Notes under the pieces: model-generated
Database searches by the model: none
What the model saw: the letters and a program-made list of their open reading frames with translations, nothing else
What the model was told of the DNA's origin: nothing
Origin: Nemertoderma westbladi
Taxonomy: Eukaryota; Animalia; Xenacoelomorpha
Length of the DNA stretch: 64,000 nucleotides
Direction of reading: 5' to 3'
Assembly: GCA_032718475.1 (NCBI GenBank)
Contig: JAUCBJ010007777.1
Span: forward strand, 38,986 to 102,985
Made by a program: the position numbers and the translations under genes
Shown here: positions 61,090 through 64,000 of the stretch, in pieces
Layout: each line of letters opens with the position of its first letter
Numbering within the stretch: position 1 is the stretch's first letter

Positions 61090-62225
61090 GGCAGTGATTT
61101 TTTATGTCCTTTTATTTGACTTTTTTTGTCATTTTTTTTTTACGAATTATGCATAATGACTTTTGTTGTCCTTTTAATGACTTTTATTGCCCTTTTAATG
61201 ACTTTTTATGTATGTATTTCTTCAAACTGTCAGACTGCTGATTTCTGGACTGTCAGACAGTTGATTTCACTATGCCTGTGCCAAAACATTCCATGATTCC
61301 ATGATTTATAGACTATGAGCTAGATTTCCATATGCGCGCCTGTGGTAAAAAGACTCTATATTTAATAGTTTGTGGTTGTTGTCGATAATCGATTACCACA
61401 TGACGTAGCAAAACACTCATTTTATAGCCAAAAACAATTACCAATTGATGGAAAGGAGCAGGTTAATGCCGAGTTTTCTAACCAAAACAATAAACAGTCA
61501 CTTTACCAAATCAGGGAAAGGAGCAGGTTACAGAGACGGGATTTTCTAACCAAAACAATAAACGATCACTTAACTAATTGAGGGAAAGGAGCAGGTTACA
61601 GAGGCGGGATTTTCTAACCAAAACAATAAACGATCACTTAACTTATTGAGGGAAAGGGGCAGGTTACAGAGGCGGGATTTTCTAACCAAAACAATAAACG
61701 ATCATTTAACTAATTGAGGGAAAGGGGCAGGTTACAGAGGCGGGCCTTCTGTGCTGTTGGAAGTAGTGGTGCCGCTATCCGTAACACTACTCAGACAGTA
61801 GTCATGATCCATTATTGATTATAAAACTAATACAGTAATAGGCCTAAATTATGTGAAAGGTATATCCACATTTTCCACAATCCTGCAATCCAGTTCGGCC
61901 TATCAATTATTTAAAATTTATTAGCACAACCGGTAGGCCTACCATTACCGTATTTAAATGGTCGGCTACACAGTAGGCCTGTACTGCTATAGCAGTACCG
62001 GTGCCGGTACCGGTACTAAAATACAGAAATACCTGCTTTATACCTACATCTGTACATACAATACAGCAAAATAGTGCTATATATACTAATACCGGTACTG
62101 ATAGCCTGAGAGAACAGCAGTAGAGAAACCGGTAGCATGGAACCTAACATTAGACTTTTGGAGGACATAAAAAATAAAAAAAAAGGACAAAGAAAGGATT
62201 TAAACGGACAATAAAAATTATTGCG
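61090..62225 (-). mobile_element. Mutator-like non-autonomous element, copy 2 (uninterrupted, 1136 bp)
   Basis: 9-bp TSD TATGTAAAG at 61081-61089 and 62226-62234. Inverted copy of 10647-10795 plus 29007-30548, with fewer 68-bp units. Confidence 0.9.
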
Positions 62226-62289
62226 TATGTAAAGTACCGGTCAGCCGGTGAATATTTCGTACTATATAGTTTCCGATAGTTATTGCCCC

Positions 62290-62890
62290 TCGACCTATTC
62301 GCCCCAAGTCTATTCGCCGCAGATTTTAGGGACATATGACAGTCACTTTGCCGCATATAATTATAAATTATTTAATGTTCTGAGTCTGACTAATACGGTA
62401 CTAATTCTTGTCAGCTTATGGCTTGTACAAAACTAATAGAAAACCCAACAAATCCCCATGACGATCAGGGATTTGATGATTCAATTGTTGTGAGTTGATG
62501 GTGCAACTATAAACTGTTGGGCATCACTGCATAATTACAGAACTGCAGAACAGCAGATGTAGACTGAATCATGACTTATGAGCAAGCTGACATGTTTATT
62601 GTTTTAAATATTTATCTAGCATGTCTAGGCTACTGTCAGACTATGTATACAATATACTACCCAGCTGTACAGTACACGTAATTGTAATTTGTAAATTATC
62701 GTATGTTATGTATTATCGAGTGTTATAATTAGATTTTTTGAATTGGATACCTAGATAAGTTAAAAATATTTGAACAGTGATAGTTAGTTATAGTATAGAC
62801 CCTATTTATTATTATATTACATACCGGTACTGTATATTATATTACTGGGGCGAATAGACTTGGTGCGAATAGGTCGAGGGGCGAATCGAC
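62290..62890. mobile_element. Probable MITE with inverted ends
   Basis: GCCCCTCGACCTATTCGCCCCAAGTCTATTCGCC is inverted against GGCGAATAGACTTGGTGCGAATAGGTCGAGGGGC. Exact ends and TSD are not resolved. Confidence 0.6.
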
Positions 62891-63182
62891 CCGCACCCTT
62901 ATTTACCGGTTCACATTTTTACACATAGAAATATACAACTTTTAAGCCCACCGCCAACCCCATTACTGTAGAATAGGGCTTGTCCCAGGAGTGGTGTAGC
63001 CTGTCCGTAAATTTATTTTATATCATATCATACATAATATAATATATAATTATTAATAATACTTCATATTATATACCCGCATATGGGAAATATATCTACA
63101 CATTTGTGGTCTAAGTATTGCCGTTGTAACTTGTAATGGATGTCGTTCGAAAGGAACCCAATATGCAACCGTTGAAGTAGAG

Positions 63183-63524
63183 GTGGAGAAGCTTCAAAAT
63201 GAAGTTGATACTCTAATTGAAAAGGAAGTTTATTTAGAATCGGAGAAACATAAACTAAATGTGATGCTGGGTTCGCTAACTCAACCATCGGATACATCCA
63301 ACATGCTTGGTGAATATATTCGCGATAAAGATATAGATGACCCAGATTTGTTTACAGAAATATTTAATCTTGTAAGCGAATCGAAGATAATAAAACTGCG
63401 AGTAAAAGAGATGCAGGAACAACTTGATAGGATTGCATGTATGAAGGATGAGGTGGAATTTATGAGAAATATTAAAACCAATTTAGACTCTGGTGAGATT
63501 GAAGTTAAGCCCGAACTATCGTAG
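63183..63524 (+). CDS. Possible coding segment (acidic coiled coil), unknown
   Basis: The frame is open from 63060 with no upstream ATG. Heptad-like VEKLQNEVDTLIEKE...LRVKEMQEQLDRI. It could be an exon or a gene fragment. Confidence 0.35.
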   Translation: MEKLQNEVDTLIEKEVYLESEKHKLNVMLGSLTQPSDTSNMLGEYIRDKDIDDPDLFTEIFNLVSESKIIKLRVKEMQEQLDRIACMKDEVEFMRNIKTNLDSGEIEVKPELS

Positions 63525-64000
63525 AGAATTTGGTACCGTAAAACAAACTTATTAAGCCCGATTCGCAGATACACTTCCCGGTGGATTTGATTTTGAACGC
63601 ACTTGACAGCGCGGTCACAGCTTTCTCGCCGCGAGATATATATGTGAATCAGCAAGTGTAATAAGTGTATCATACTCAACTGTTTCTAGTAATGTGTAAA
63701 TAAATGATTAGGAATAAACAACAAACTTGATAATACTGTAACAATTATTGTTTTGTTTTCATACAGATAATTATCAAATGCTTGTGAAAAATAAAGCTTA
63801 CCACACTAATTCTGACTCACTCACTCACTCACTCAAGCAACAGGAAAGACATGGACATAATTCTGCAGAAATCCTGTTATATTTCACACTTGGGGAGAAA
63901 TTTTACTGGGCTACCAAAAGTCAAGTGTTTTTTTTGTCGGTAAAGTGGCAAAGGTAATTAAATCGCATTTCTATGAGTTGTCCAGATAGAGTGGGGGTGG

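Overview
This is AT-rich, repeat-dense eukaryotic DNA with GT-AG introns, most likely from an invertebrate animal; I see no prokaryotic features. The main feature is a young, very large (18.2 kb, 10796-29001) BEL/Pao LTR retrotransposon with 1266-bp LTRs that differ at about 4 positions and a 5-bp TATAG target duplication. Besides gag-pol, it carries an intact extra ORF of about 1170 aa in the slot where env normally sits. That ORF reads as a DEDDy/WRN-EXD-type 3'-5' exonuclease-like domain plus CCHC zinc knuckles and a basic C-terminal tail; this is the best candidate for an undescribed system (a possible transposon-encoded small-RNA or defence-modulating factor). The element has no tRNA-type primer-binding site; the 11 nt after the 5' LTR are instead complementary to a sequence inside the LTR, which recalls Tf1 self-priming. 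It sits inside a Mutator-like MITE whose uninterrupted sister copy (61090-62225) shows the empty site. Host genes are a two-exon acireductone dioxygenase (ADI1), an intronless Cys-rich secreted protein and some weak exon candidates. The rest is decayed CR1/L2/RTE LINEs, many MITEs, a foldback element and a 64-bp satellite with an emerging 8-mer higher-order repeat. All domain calls are by-eye motif recognition, not database searches.
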